A stretch of 41,502 nucleotides of DNA from a virus. Of this stretch, positions 16,792-24,706 are shown piece by piece; position 1 is the first letter of the stretch, and each line of letters begins with the position of its first letter. Below the pieces are notes generated by a model. It made no database searches. It was not told where the DNA came from and saw nothing but the letters and a program-made list of their open reading frames with translations. The DNA is taken from the IMG/VR virus record IMGVR_UViG_3300019766_000003. One strand, given 5' to 3'. A program made the translations under genes and the position numbers.

Positions 16792-16876
16792 TAATCTACC
16801 CTTTTTTCTTGCAATAAGTTTTAATTAGCCAGACCGCTTTTACACGGTCCAGCTTGTAAGTAGTTGTTATTGTTGG

Positions 16877-17344
16877 CTAAAATGGAACGTCATCCAATCC
16901 GTTTTCCTCACTTGGAAAAGATGGGCCAAGGTCTTCGTCAGGAGGATTATTGTTCTGCTGCGGTTGCTGATATCCACCCTGCTGATGGTTCTGCTGTTGA
17001 CCCTGTTGCGGAGACTTGTCCAGAGCCTGAATGTTCACACCAACGACCTCCGTTTTATAGCGGTTGGTTCCGTCCTGAGCCTGCCATTTGCGTTTCTGCA
17101 ATTTCCCCTCGACAAGTACAAGGCGACCTTTGGACAAATAGTTTTGTGCAAATTCAGCCAGACCTCTCCACAGCACAATGCTATGCCATTCCACCTTATC
17201 AACTTTGTTTCCTGTCTGACGGTCTTTGTACCCTTCATCCGTAGCAAGTGAAAAGCTTGCGACTGCAGTGCCAGAAGTTGTGTATGAAAGCTTTGGGTCT
17301 TCGCCCATGCGCCCGAGTAAAATAACTTTATTCATTGTAGACAT
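16877..17344 (-). CDS. ssb: Single-stranded DNA-binding protein
   Basis: OB-fold N-terminus MNKVILLGRMGEDPKLSYTTSGTAVASFSLAT...WHSIVLWRGLAE, a Gln/Gly-rich linker, and the acidic tip DDVPF. Confidence 0.95.
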   Translation of the reverse strand: MSTMNKVILLGRMGEDPKLSYTTSGTAVASFSLATDEGYKDRQTGNKVDKVEWHSIVLWRGLAEFAQNYLSKGRLVLVEGKLQKRKWQAQDGTNRYKTEVVGVNIQALDKSPQQGQQQNHQQGGYQQPQQNNNPPDEDLGPSFPSEENGLDDVPF

Positions 17345-17346
17345 TT

Positions 17347-18174
17347 TTATCCTTTGATATCTTTAATAATTTTTTCAGCTTCTACGTGTGTCAACTCGTT
17401 AGCTGATTTTATCTTGCGTCCGATTCGCTTGCAGAGGTCTTCGATTCTTTCCTCTCGTGGTGTGTCACCGTAGAAAGCCATGATCTGCTTTCTCTGCCCG
17501 TTGTTCCAAGGCTCTTCCTTTGGGTACCTTATTCCAATCTCTTTTGCTGCTTCGAGTACGGCGGGGTTCTTTTTTGCTATCGCAGACAGTGAGGCCCATG
17601 TTGTTTCAAGTTCGCCTCTATCCTTAGACGCATAAATCTTTTTCACGTCGTCATTTGGAATGTAAGACTCTTGAGGATTTTTTGCCGCACGATCGTCTTT
17701 AGGAGGCAAAGCCCATTCAGGCAGTTTTGGCGGGTCCCACTTGAAAGCAGATATACCTTTGCCCTTATTCGCTCCTTGGTAGTGCTTTCCTTTTTCGCTT
17801 ATAGTGGCATATCCCTCCTTGAGAGAGTATAGATATCTACCAATGCCCCACTGACTACCCGCTCTTTTCATGGCTCCGGACAAGCCGCCTTTAACGGCCT
17901 CAATTTGTGTATTGTCTGAACCGTCCCATTTTGTTACCCACTCTTCACCGCACTTTATGGATATTCCGCAAAGGATGCCTCCGTTTGGTCCAGTTGCAAA
18001 TTCATTCTTCCAATTCTCAGGTCCACAAACATCGTCGAGTCTATTTTGTATAGCACGACTAGTGACATACGCCAAAACTCTAGCCCACACTCCCCTGGCA
18101 CCATTTCCAGCAGACTGGACCCTCCATTCTATGTCCTCAGCCTTAAAAGGCTCTTGTAGCTTTTCCAAGTTCAT
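17347..18174 (-). CDS. Rad52/22-family single-strand annealing protein (recombinase)
   Basis: IEWRVQSAG...AYVTSRAIQNRLDDV...EAVKGGLSGAMKRAGSQWGIGRYLY is the Rad52-like signature. Adjacent to ssb. Confidence 0.8.
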   Translation of the reverse strand: MNLEKLQEPFKAEDIEWRVQSAGNGARGVWARVLAYVTSRAIQNRLDDVCGPENWKNEFATGPNGGILCGISIKCGEEWVTKWDGSDNTQIEAVKGGLSGAMKRAGSQWGIGRYLYSLKEGYATISEKGKHYQGANKGKGISAFKWDPPKLPEWALPPKDDRAAKNPQESYIPNDDVKKIYASKDRGELETTWASLSAIAKKNPAVLEAAKEIGIRYPKEEPWNNGQRKQIMAFYGDTPREERIEDLCKRIGRKIKSANELTHVEAEKIIKDIKG

Positions 18175-18244
18175 CTACTCACCCCCATCATTATACGGAC
18201 CTTGACGCTTAACGCCTAGTTCTCGCTCTTCTGGTTCTACCGGT

Positions 18245-18745
18245 CTATCGTACATTGAATCCATAATTGGTCCTTATCTCGCACCCAGGAACATCGACAC
18301 CGGACTTGATCGCTTTTTTGATATCAGCAGCCCTTGCAGATATAGATATCTTTTTAAATTCTTCCGGCAGATTTTCAGCTTCAACGCCTACAAAAACAGA
18401 TTCACTTTTTCTGAGGTAAATTGTACTTGTGTTTCCCTTGACCTTTTGCAATCCAGCCTCAGTCATCACTGCCTTAAAATAGTCCTTTGTTCTTGACAAT
18501 GCGTTTTCAGCAGACTTTCTGCGCATTGCAATACGCTTTTCTTCATCTTTCAAAAAAGCGATCCTTGCAGTCTGCTCACGCAACATAAATCCAATCGCGT
18601 CTGCCTTGTCAGCCTCAAGCTCGCCAAGGTCTTGCAGGTAGTCACTCAATGCGCTCTCAAGCTCTTCTCTGTTTTCATCAGTGGCCTCTTCAAGCGCGGA
18701 AAAAGCGGTTTTAATCTCGTCCTGAATCTCTTTTAAACTAGCCAT
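18245..18745 (-). CDS. Siphovirus Gp157-like protein
   Basis: Coiled-coil N-terminus with DKADAIGFMLRE...LKDEEKRI...RRKSAEN...KDYFKAVM. Typical partner of phage annealases. Confidence 0.6.
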   Translation of the reverse strand: MASLKEIQDEIKTAFSALEEATDENREELESALSDYLQDLGELEADKADAIGFMLREQTARIAFLKDEEKRIAMRRKSAENALSRTKDYFKAVMTEAGLQKVKGNTSTIYLRKSESVFVGVEAENLPEEFKKISISARAADIKKAIKSGVDVPGCEIRTNYGFNVR

Positions 18746-18852
18746 TACTTCTTGCCTCTCTTTTTAGATTTAGTATACTTTTCGCACGCCTCTATCACAT
18801 GATAGGTCATTGTGCTCCCCTCTTCCTCTTTTGTTTAATGCTATGTTGTTTT

Positions 18853-19590
18853 TTATATAAGCTTAAGCTGCACTGCATTTGTTTTTTGCTCCACAATGGA
18901 AGTGTCTACACTGTTGAAATCGTCACACATGCTTTCAAATATTGCATATGCCTCACTGTCTTTCTTTGGGTAGCTTTTCCCAAGCGAATACTGATGCACA
19001 GCCTGTCTTGAGACGCCTAGAATCGAAGCTACTGCGCTAAACCCTCCGTGGTGCCTTATTACAGATGCCACCTCCTCTTTACCCCTGTGTCTTCTTTTAA
19101 AGCCTGGAGCGTCTTTTCCAATTAAAGACATGTATTGGTCATCGCAAACTTCCTTTGCAACCCAAAAAGCCTCTTCGATTCCAACATTAAAAAACTCACC
19201 AACCGCCCTCTTCCCATCAAACTCTTTATGTATTTTTCTCTCCGCCAAAAAAGGCAAGCAAGATTCCATTCCAGCGTATTCCAAAAATTTTACTCCAGAC
19301 AAGCTTTCTATCTGCTTTACTCTAGCTTCTACAGTCCTAGTCGTAGCTCCGATCTTTACAAGGCCAAATTCATTTTTTGCAACATAAATAAAACCAGCTC
19401 GAGAACCACCAGAAACAACCTCCCCCAAAGGGAATCCAAAAGCTTCTATGTACTTTTTATAGATTCGCCTAGTTGGGACCGCTCCCTCAGAGTGCATTTT
19501 TAGTGTTGAATATGAGACGCCTGCAATCTTGGCAAGCTTTGGTATAGACATCTGCCGAAGTTCTTTTAGTTCGTATTTTTTGTGTTCCAT
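18853..19590 (-). CDS. Putative regulator: HTH - T5orf172 (GIY-YIG superfamily) - HTH
   Basis: Start MEHKKYELKELRQMSIPKLAKIAGVSYSTL (HTH). Central GFIYVAKNEFGLVKIGATTRTVEARVKQ...KIHKEF...GEFFNV (T5orf172/MUG113). C-terminal FSAVASILGVSRQAVHQY (second HTH). Confidence 0.7.
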   Translation of the reverse strand: MEHKKYELKELRQMSIPKLAKIAGVSYSTLKMHSEGAVPTRRIYKKYIEAFGFPLGEVVSGGSRAGFIYVAKNEFGLVKIGATTRTVEARVKQIESLSGVKFLEYAGMESCLPFLAERKIHKEFDGKRAVGEFFNVGIEEAFWVAKEVCDDQYMSLIGKDAPGFKRRHRGKEEVASVIRHHGGFSAVASILGVSRQAVHQYSLGKSYPKKDSEAYAIFESMCDDFNSVDTSIVEQKTNAVQLKLI

Positions 19591-19597
19591 GTGTTGT

Positions 19598-19625
19598 ACA
19601 ATACACCAAAACCAACAGTTGTCAA
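19598..19625 (-). promoter_or_regulatory. Leftward promoter TTGACA-16 nt-TATTGT, ending 7 nt before the ATG at 19590 (leaderless candidate)
   Basis: Hexamers read on the minus strand. There is no SD between the -10 and the ATG. Confidence 0.45.
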
Positions 19626-19653
19626 GCAATAAAATAATATTTACAAAAAGTTA

Positions 19654-19681
19654 TTGACCTGAAATCTGAAAAGTGTATTCT
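19654..19681 (+). promoter_or_regulatory. Rightward early promoter TTGACC-16 nt-TATTCT
   Basis: Back-to-back with the leftward promoter. Followed by GGAGG and the ATG at 19716. Confidence 0.4.
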
Positions 19682-19715
19682 GACTTCAACGCAACAACAA
19701 ACCGGAGGTAGAGAG

Positions 19716-19889
19716 ATGAAAAATTACACAGTTAACGGAAGAGTCTATACTGTAAAAAAAGAAAACGGTGGTTTCAAGGTGTCTAGTGACAAAATGGTGT
19801 GTCACGACAACGGAAAAGCTTGGGATATTTGGCTTGAAGACATGAAAACGGTTTTTGAATTTATGGACGTTAACAGCGGAAATGCATAA
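19716..19889 (+). CDS. Small hypothetical protein (57 aa; below the track cut-off)
   Basis: Strong RBS ccGGAGGtagagagATG. Translation MKNYTVNGRVYTVKKENGGFKVSSDKMVCHDNGKAWDIWLEDMKTVFEFMDVNSGNA. Confidence 0.55.
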   Translation: MKNYTVNGRVYTVKKENGGFKVSSDKMVCHDNGKAWDIWLEDMKTVFEFMDVNSGNA

Positions 19890-19906
19890 AAAGGTTGGTT
19901 AGAGAG

Positions 19907-20245
19907 ATGACAGTTTATGAATACAAGATCGACACAGGAAACGAAGAATACGACCACATTACAGAGGTCGATGCAGTCGAATATATCCTTGATATAGACT
20001 GTGAAGAAAACATGACACCAGGCGAGACAATCGACTTTCTGCGTGAAAACAGAGTCGGAGCAAAAATGCACTTCGGCGACAACGACGAACGTATTACCAT
20101 CGTGAAGACTGAAGAGCTTGTCTATGACGAGTTCGAAGGAGATTACGTTCCTAGGCATGAGTACGAAGAACGCAGAAGCGAGTATGCACCACGCTCTGTG
20201 TATTCGCCTGAAGAACTGTTGTTCAAGGGGTTGTACAGTGCTTAA
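19907..20245 (+). CDS. Hypothetical acidic protein (112 aa)
   Basis: ATG at 19907 preceded by ttagagag. The track start at 19895 is a TTG. Confidence 0.6.
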   Translation: MTVYEYKIDTGNEEYDHITEVDAVEYILDIDCEENMTPGETIDFLRENRVGAKMHFGDNDERITIVKTEELVYDEFEGDYVPRHEYEERRSEYAPRSVYSPEELLFKGLYSA

Positions 20246-20420
20246 CTCACAGAATAACGGCCCTGTCTACATAGGCAGTGCTAACGGCTGGAGGGCGTAT
20301 GTATCATCACGAATTGATATTGCAAAGCGCATCATTTGTTCTGACGCTGCTAAGTGTGTGTGGTGGTTTGTCTGTGTTATGGGAACTGTTTTTTTAGCCG
20401 CAATAGGCATGGGGGTGTAA
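20238..20420 (+). CDS. Possible small C-terminally anchored membrane protein (60 aa)
   Basis: GTG start 7 nt after AAGGGG. C-terminal hydrophobic segment CVWWFVCVMGTVFLAAIGMGV. The stop is coupled to the next ATG. Confidence 0.35.
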   Translation: MLNSQNNGPVYIGSANGWRAYVSSRIDIAKRIICSDAAKCVWWFVCVMGTVFLAAIGMGV

Positions 20421-20421
20421 G

Positions 20422-21390
20422 ATGAGTATTGTAGACGGAGAATATCGCGACATCGTTCGCAAGGGCGTAGTAGTTGGAAAGATAAATGCAAATGGAGCCG
20501 TGAGAAGGGATTTTGACGGTACGATTTGCAGACCAACTTCTATAAAGAAAAGAAAAGGCATGTACGTATCGATGCGGTCAAAATGTGGTTACCACTCAAG
20601 CGCGGCTGTAGAAGTCCTCTTGAGAGACATATGGGGCGTAAAAATCAAAGACAGCGAAACGTTTTTTGAAAAACTGACAAAAGAACTTGATCCTTTTATT
20701 GAAAAAACAGCCTACGAGCTCGCTGCGGAAAACAGGGAAAAAGTTTCAAGACACCTTGAAGAACATCCAGATTGTGGACCAACAGAGCTGAGTGAAAAAC
20801 TTGGCGTTACAATCAACTTTGCCGCAAAGCAGAGAATGAAGTTTTTTGCTGAAAAAGGAGAGTGGGAGGATAGAAAAAGAAAAAAGATTACGGAGCAGTT
20901 CCAGTCAGACACCATGTTAAAAGGGCCATACAAAGCCGTTGTTATAGACAGCGAGTTTGCTGGAGAGATAAACGCAAACGGAGTCGTAAGGAATCGCAGC
21001 ACAAAGGAAGTATACAGAGTCTCAGAGTCAGGAAAAAGCGTCTTTGTGCAGATGTACGGCTTCGAAAGAAAGGCAAATCTCAGCAAGCTTTTGAATAGAT
21101 ACTGGCCTGATGCAAGACTTAATTTAACAAAGTCTTGGGCAAAATTCATATGCAAACTTGCAGCACAGTCATCTAAAAAGAATATTGTAGCCTGCCTGAG
21201 ATGCGGGGTCGGTATTTCATATGAAAACGATCTGTGCGAATCTTGCAAAGAAGAACTAAATACAAACGAGCCAATGATTACTAAAACATCATTTGCAAAA
21301 CCAGAACCTCGATTTACTGGTATTCTTGCTGGTTTTACAACTCTTAATGCTCGCGAACAATGCAGAGAGATAGCAAGGACAATGAGATGA
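20422..21390 (+). CDS. Putative DNA-binding protein with two NUMOD4-like repeats and a C-terminal zinc ribbon
   Basis: Internal duplication GKINANGAVRRDFDGTICRP / GEINANGVVRNRSTKEVYRV. C-terminal CLRCGVGISYENDLCESC. Confidence 0.5.
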   Translation: MSIVDGEYRDIVRKGVVVGKINANGAVRRDFDGTICRPTSIKKRKGMYVSMRSKCGYHSSAAVEVLLRDIWGVKIKDSETFFEKLTKELDPFIEKTAYELAAENREKVSRHLEEHPDCGPTELSEKLGVTINFAAKQRMKFFAEKGEWEDRKRKKITEQFQSDTMLKGPYKAVVIDSEFAGEINANGVVRNRSTKEVYRVSESGKSVFVQMYGFERKANLSKLLNRYWPDARLNLTKSWAKFICKLAAQSSKKNIVACLRCGVGISYENDLCESCKEELNTNEPMITKTSFAKPEPRFTGILAGFTTLNAREQCREIARTMR

Positions 21391-21563
21391 TACATGACGC
21401 GAGAGGGCAGCACATGAAGCTCAAGTTATTCGACAACTTCGCAATGGTATCAAAGTACCGTACAAACAATCCTACAGCCTCGAAAAAGCAAATGGCCAGG
21501 GCTTTGGGCTTGTCGGTGCAGACTGTTATGAAACACATAAAAGAACTAAAACAGGAAGATTAA
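21387..21563 (+). CDS. Small HTH DNA-binding protein
   Basis: ATGA overlap at 21387. ASKKQMARALGLSVQTVMKHIKEL is HTH-like. Confidence 0.5.
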   Translation: MIHDARGQHMKLKLFDNFAMVSKYRTNNPTASKKQMARALGLSVQTVMKHIKELKQED

Positions 21564-21574
21564 GGAGTATAGAC

Positions 21575-21916
21575 ATGATGAACTTAGAAGATGCAGAAGA
21601 GCTTAAAAAATCGGCTATGGATATTGTAAAGGAACTTAAAAAACACAAGCGAATGAGAGAAAAAGACAGATCGAACATGACACAGAAAGCCATGCAAAAC
21701 CACAGCGCAAACATGACATGGCAAGCTATGGAGATTGAAAAGATGGAAATTAATCTACATGCAATTGCCGTAAATTGCGGCATCGCAGACGACAGAGGCG
21801 ATGAGTATTACAGCGAACCTGTTGACTTTTATCCGTCAAGTTTTCACCACTACCAAGTAAAGAAAAGAATGCCAAGAGTTGTAGAAGCACGGTTGCAGAC
21901 AAAAGCACGAGGTTAG
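21575..21916 (+). CDS. Hypothetical coiled-coil protein (113 aa)
   Basis: RBS AAGGAG upstream. No recognised motif. Confidence 0.6.
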   Translation: MMNLEDAEELKKSAMDIVKELKKHKRMREKDRSNMTQKAMQNHSANMTWQAMEIEKMEINLHAIAVNCGIADDRGDEYYSEPVDFYPSSFHHYQVKKRMPRVVEARLQTKARG

Positions 21917-21918
21917 TA

Positions 21919-22155
21919 ATGAAAGACAAAAAGATATCAGAAACGGCTATGGACCTTTTGTTAAAAGTACAAGAGCTTGAGGAAGAAAACGAAGCTCTCA
22001 AAAAGCAGGCTAGTTCAAAAAAACTAATTTGCCCATACTGCAAAGATGAGCTTGACCCAATTAATTACCACGGTTACTATGAAAAATTTGCCTGCTGGAT
22101 ATGTGACTGCGACGAATTTAAAGAGGTCAGAAGAGTAAAAGGTCAATACGCATAA
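21919..22155 (+). CDS. Small zinc-ribbon protein (78 aa)
   Basis: CPYCKDEL...CWICDCDEF. Confidence 0.6.
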   Translation: MKDKKISETAMDLLLKVQELEEENEALKKQASSKKLICPYCKDELDPINYHGYYEKFACWICDCDEFKEVRRVKGQYA

Positions 22156-22179
22156 ACCCAGAAGCGAGTAGTTTTTTTG

Positions 22180-22208
22180 TTGACAAGCATTAATAAAATT
22201 AATAGAGT
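22180..22208 (+). promoter_or_regulatory. Promoter TTGACA-17 nt-TAGAGT with an ATTAAT-AAA-ATTAAT dyad in the spacer. The -10 ends 6 nt before the ATG at 22215.
   Basis: Consensus -35 read directly. No SD before the ATG. Confidence 0.5.
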
Positions 22209-22214
22209 TTACGC

Positions 22215-22391
22215 ATGAACAAAACAGTAAGGGTAAAAAACGTGATCGCCAAGCTTGAAAAAAAGTATGGCACACAGAAGAAAGTGGCAGAGGCTATTGG
22301 AATGACTGAAACTTGGTATAATCGAATCAGAAACGGTCATCACGTACCGCCTGAAAAAACGCTTATGCTTATGGAATTGGTGGCCAAATAA
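22215..22391 (+). CDS. Cro/YdaS-like HTH regulator (58 aa; below the track cut-off)
   Basis: Manual translation: MNKTVRVKNVIAKLEKKYGTQKKVAEAIGMTETWYNRIRNGHHVPPEKTLMLMELVAK. Immediately upstream of the replication genes. Confidence 0.6.
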   Translation: MNKTVRVKNVIAKLEKKYGTQKKVAEAIGMTETWYNRIRNGHHVPPEKTLMLMELVAK

Positions 22392-22392
22392 A

Positions 22393-23220
22393 ATGCACCG
22401 TGGCTATGTAAAACTATGGAGAAAGTCTATTGACTCTGGCCTGCTTCAAAACGCAGAGGCGTGGCAATTTATGTCGTGGTGTCTCTTAAAGGCTACGCAT
22501 AAGCCACAAAAGCAGCTCGTTGGAAAACAGGTTGTAAAGCTAGAGGCTGGTCAGTTTGTTTTCGGTAGAAAGTCAGCAGCGAAGGACTTGTGCTCAACCG
22601 AGCAAAAGATAAGAACATCTTTGAACTTGCTTAAAAGTCTTGATTTTCTAACCATCAAACCAACCAACAAATTTAGCATAATTACAGTTGTAAATTGGGG
22701 GACTTATCAGCAAGAGCAACCAACAAACAACCAGCAACCTAACCAACAAGCAACCAACAATCAACCAACAAGCAACCAACAAGCAACCACAAACAAGAAT
22801 GATAAGAACATTAAGAATGAAAAGAATAAAGAATATTCCCCCGAACTTGAGAAGTTCGTGGACTCGTTTCAAAAGACTATGGTTGATACTTACGGTGGAC
22901 TTGCACCAAAAATAACAACCAGCAGCAGAAACACTTCACTGGATACGGTTAACAAGCTCATTCGGATTGACGGTCATTCACTGGAAGAGATTAGAGCCGC
23001 GATGCTGTGGGCTGTGAAGGATGACTTTTGGAGCAAGAATGCTCGTTCACTCGGACAACTCAGAAACAAGAGCAAGTCAAACGGTATGACGAAATTCCAA
23101 AACATATGGTCTGCTATGAAGAGTGAGCAAGACAAGAAACCAACTGTCGGGAAAACACCAACCTTTTACAAGGAAAACAACGATGAACTTCCAGCCTACG
23201 CAAGAGGACCGATCGGGTAA
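22393..23220 (+). CDS. Replication initiator / replisome organiser
   Basis: N-terminal winged-helix pattern YVKLWRKSIDSGLLQN...WQFMSWCLLKA...GQFVFGRKSAAKDL. Q/N/T-rich linker. Followed by a DnaC-like loader. Confidence 0.7.
   Translation: MHRGYVKLWRKSIDSGLLQNAEAWQFMSWCLLKATHKPQKQLVGKQVVKLEAGQFVFGRKSAAKDLCSTEQKIRTSLNLLKSLDFLTIKPTNKFSIITVVNWGTYQQEQPTNNQQPNQQATNNQPTSNQQATTNKNDKNIKNEKNKEYSPELEKFVDSFQKTMVDTYGGLAPKITTSSRNTSLDTVNKLIRIDGHSLEEIRAAMLWAVKDDFWSKNARSLGQLRNKSKSNGMTKFQNIWSAMKSEQDKKPTVGKTPTFYKENNDELPAYARGPIG
22718..22795. repeat. About 7 tandem 11-bp repeats (consensus AACCAACAAGC) inside the initiator gene, followed by an AT-rich AAGAAT-repeat stretch to ~22840. Candidate origin iterons.
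   Basis: Units at 22718, 22729, 22741, 22752, 22763, 22774 and 22785, read directly. Confidence 0.6.
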
Positions 23221-23221
23221 A

Positions 23222-23914
23222 ATGATGAAGTTCGATTGCAGCAAGCACGGTCCTTACGAGGTTTTCGGAACGCCATTTGATTTTAGGGGCGGACACAATC
23301 CACCTTGCCCAGAATGTCAGAAAGAAAAGAATATTTCCGACAAGCTGGCAAAAAGCGGTATGCCTCGCAGGTTTTGGGGAACATCTTTTGATGACTTTAA
23401 GCTGATTAACGACAACCAGAAGCGCGTACATTCTGCTCTTGTGGGGTACGCCGATACGATTCTTGACAGAAAATCATGCGGTGATTCCGTGATCATGTAC
23501 GGGAACAAGGGAACTGGAAAAACTAAATACTCATGTGCTATCGCTAAAAAAGCGGCAGAATGCGGTTTAACGGTCATTTTTACGTCAGTGTATAAGATGG
23601 TTCGAAAAATCAAAGAAACGTGGCGTAAGGGGTCACAGGACTCCGAGAGCGACGTTATAGATACCTTTTCAAACGTAGATATCCTGTTCGTAGATGAAGT
23701 CGGTGTTCAATTTGGTACTGAGGCTGAACAAATATTGCTTTTTGAGGTCTTAAATAACAGGTACGAGAACATGCTTCCGACCATTGCAATGTCGAATCTT
23801 GATCAAGAAGGGATTGAGGGCGCGTTGGGCGAAAGGGTGTTTGATAGATTTCAGGATGGAAGCGGGTTTGCTGTTTTATTTAACTGGGAAAGCTACAGAG
23901 GGCGAAAGGAGTAA
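23222..23914 (+). CDS. DnaC/IstB-like AAA+ helicase loader
   Basis: Walker A GNKGTGKT, Walker B ILFVDEVG, then LFEVLNNRYENMLPTIAMSNL. N-terminal CSKHG...CPEC zinc finger. The ATG at 23222 follows the upstream stop. Confidence 0.8.
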   Translation: MMKFDCSKHGPYEVFGTPFDFRGGHNPPCPECQKEKNISDKLAKSGMPRRFWGTSFDDFKLINDNQKRVHSALVGYADTILDRKSCGDSVIMYGNKGTGKTKYSCAIAKKAAECGLTVIFTSVYKMVRKIKETWRKGSQDSESDVIDTFSNVDILFVDEVGVQFGTEAEQILLFEVLNNRYENMLPTIAMSNLDQEGIEGALGERVFDRFQDGSGFAVLFNWESYRGRKE

Positions 23915-23919
23915 TAGAG

Positions 23920-24210
23920 ATGGAAACGTGGTACAAAGTGTCGTTTTATGGCAGTCCAATAATTACAAAGGTTGAGGCGGAAAGAAGCACAGATAAGTTT
24001 ATTGTGCTTAAAAGCGGACGGAGAGAGTCGAAAGAGTCTTGCAATGTCGTTTTTAAAAGTACCGTCGAAGAGTGTCACGACTTGATTTCTGAAAATCTAA
24101 AAAGAAAGATAGAAGCAGCTCAGAACAGAATTGATTACGCATATCGTGAGATTGAAGCGGCAAAAGAGTTGCTTGAAAATGTTTGTTTTATGGACGCGAT
24201 AGAGGAGTAA
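23920..24210 (+). CDS. Hypothetical protein (96 aa)
   Basis: RBS AAGGAG-taatagag-ATG. Confidence 0.6.
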   Translation: METWYKVSFYGSPIITKVEAERSTDKFIVLKSGRRESKESCNVVFKSTVEECHDLISENLKRKIEAAQNRIDYAYREIEAAKELLENVCFMDAIEE

Positions 24211-24215
24211 GAGAG

Positions 24216-24410
24216 ATGAATAGAGCAGGAGTTGTAGAACTTAGAAAGGCACTGCAGCAGGCAACAGTGATGATGCATGCAGGTCTTGATTTTGTTTGTG
24301 TTCCAGTTATCAGTCCAGAGGATAAACAAAAGCTTTTGGCCATTGCCGGAAATAGGCTTGATAAGATCGAAAAGGCTTGCGAGAGGGCTGAAAAGGAAAG
24401 GGGTAAGTGA
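24216..24410 (+). CDS. Hypothetical protein (64 aa)
   Basis: ATG at 24216 preceded by GGAGtaagagag. The track start at 24183 overlaps the previous gene. Confidence 0.55.
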   Translation: MNRAGVVELRKALQQATVMMHAGLDFVCVPVISPEDKQKLLAIAGNRLDKIEKACERAEKERGK

Positions 24411-24706
24411 TGGATAATAGAGAAAGGTTTAAAAAACGAATGGACAAGAGAAAAGCACATTCCGACGTTATTTTCCCAACTCATCCAGCAGATGAAATAA
24501 TTCACGAGAACGCAAAGCTCAAATCCGACAACGCCAAACTGCGCAAGGCTTATCGGTATAAGTGTGCAGAGCAGAAACTGCACGCCATGCTGGCTACTGG
24601 TAATTTTAACGTAGACGCTAAGTTTATAGGCGTTAAATATGATTTTGTGCGAGGAATAGCCGCACAACTCTTCAAAGAAGCAACGCAGGAGTCCGGCAAT
24701 GAATGA
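24407..24706 (+). CDS. Hypothetical protein (99 aa)
   Basis: GTGATG overlap coupling. Confidence 0.6.
   Translation: MMDNRERFKKRMDKRKAHSDVIFPTHPADEIIHENAKLKSDNAKLRKAYRYKCAEQKLHAMLATGNFNVDAKFIGVKYDFVRGIAAQLFKEATQESGNE

Noticed and set aside
16864-17251. Plus-strand ORFs antisense to ssb (16864-17244, 16964-17251)
   Set aside because: The minus-strand ssb call is unambiguous (OB-fold motifs, DDVPF tip). The antisense ORFs arise from the Gln/Gly-rich repetitive linker.
18746-18852. 20-codon ORF (MTYHVIEACEKYTKSKKRGKK) with an RBS between the regulator gene and the Gp157-like gene
   Set aside because: It is too short to support from sequence alone. It is noted as possible, but not reported as a feature.
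22648-22872. Minus-strand ORF across the Q/N-rich linker of the initiator gene. The linker was also considered as a prion-like low-complexity protein domain.
   Set aside because: The antisense ORF is a repeat artefact. The 11-bp period is not divisible by 3, which points to DNA-level iterons rather than selection for a Q/N-rich peptide.
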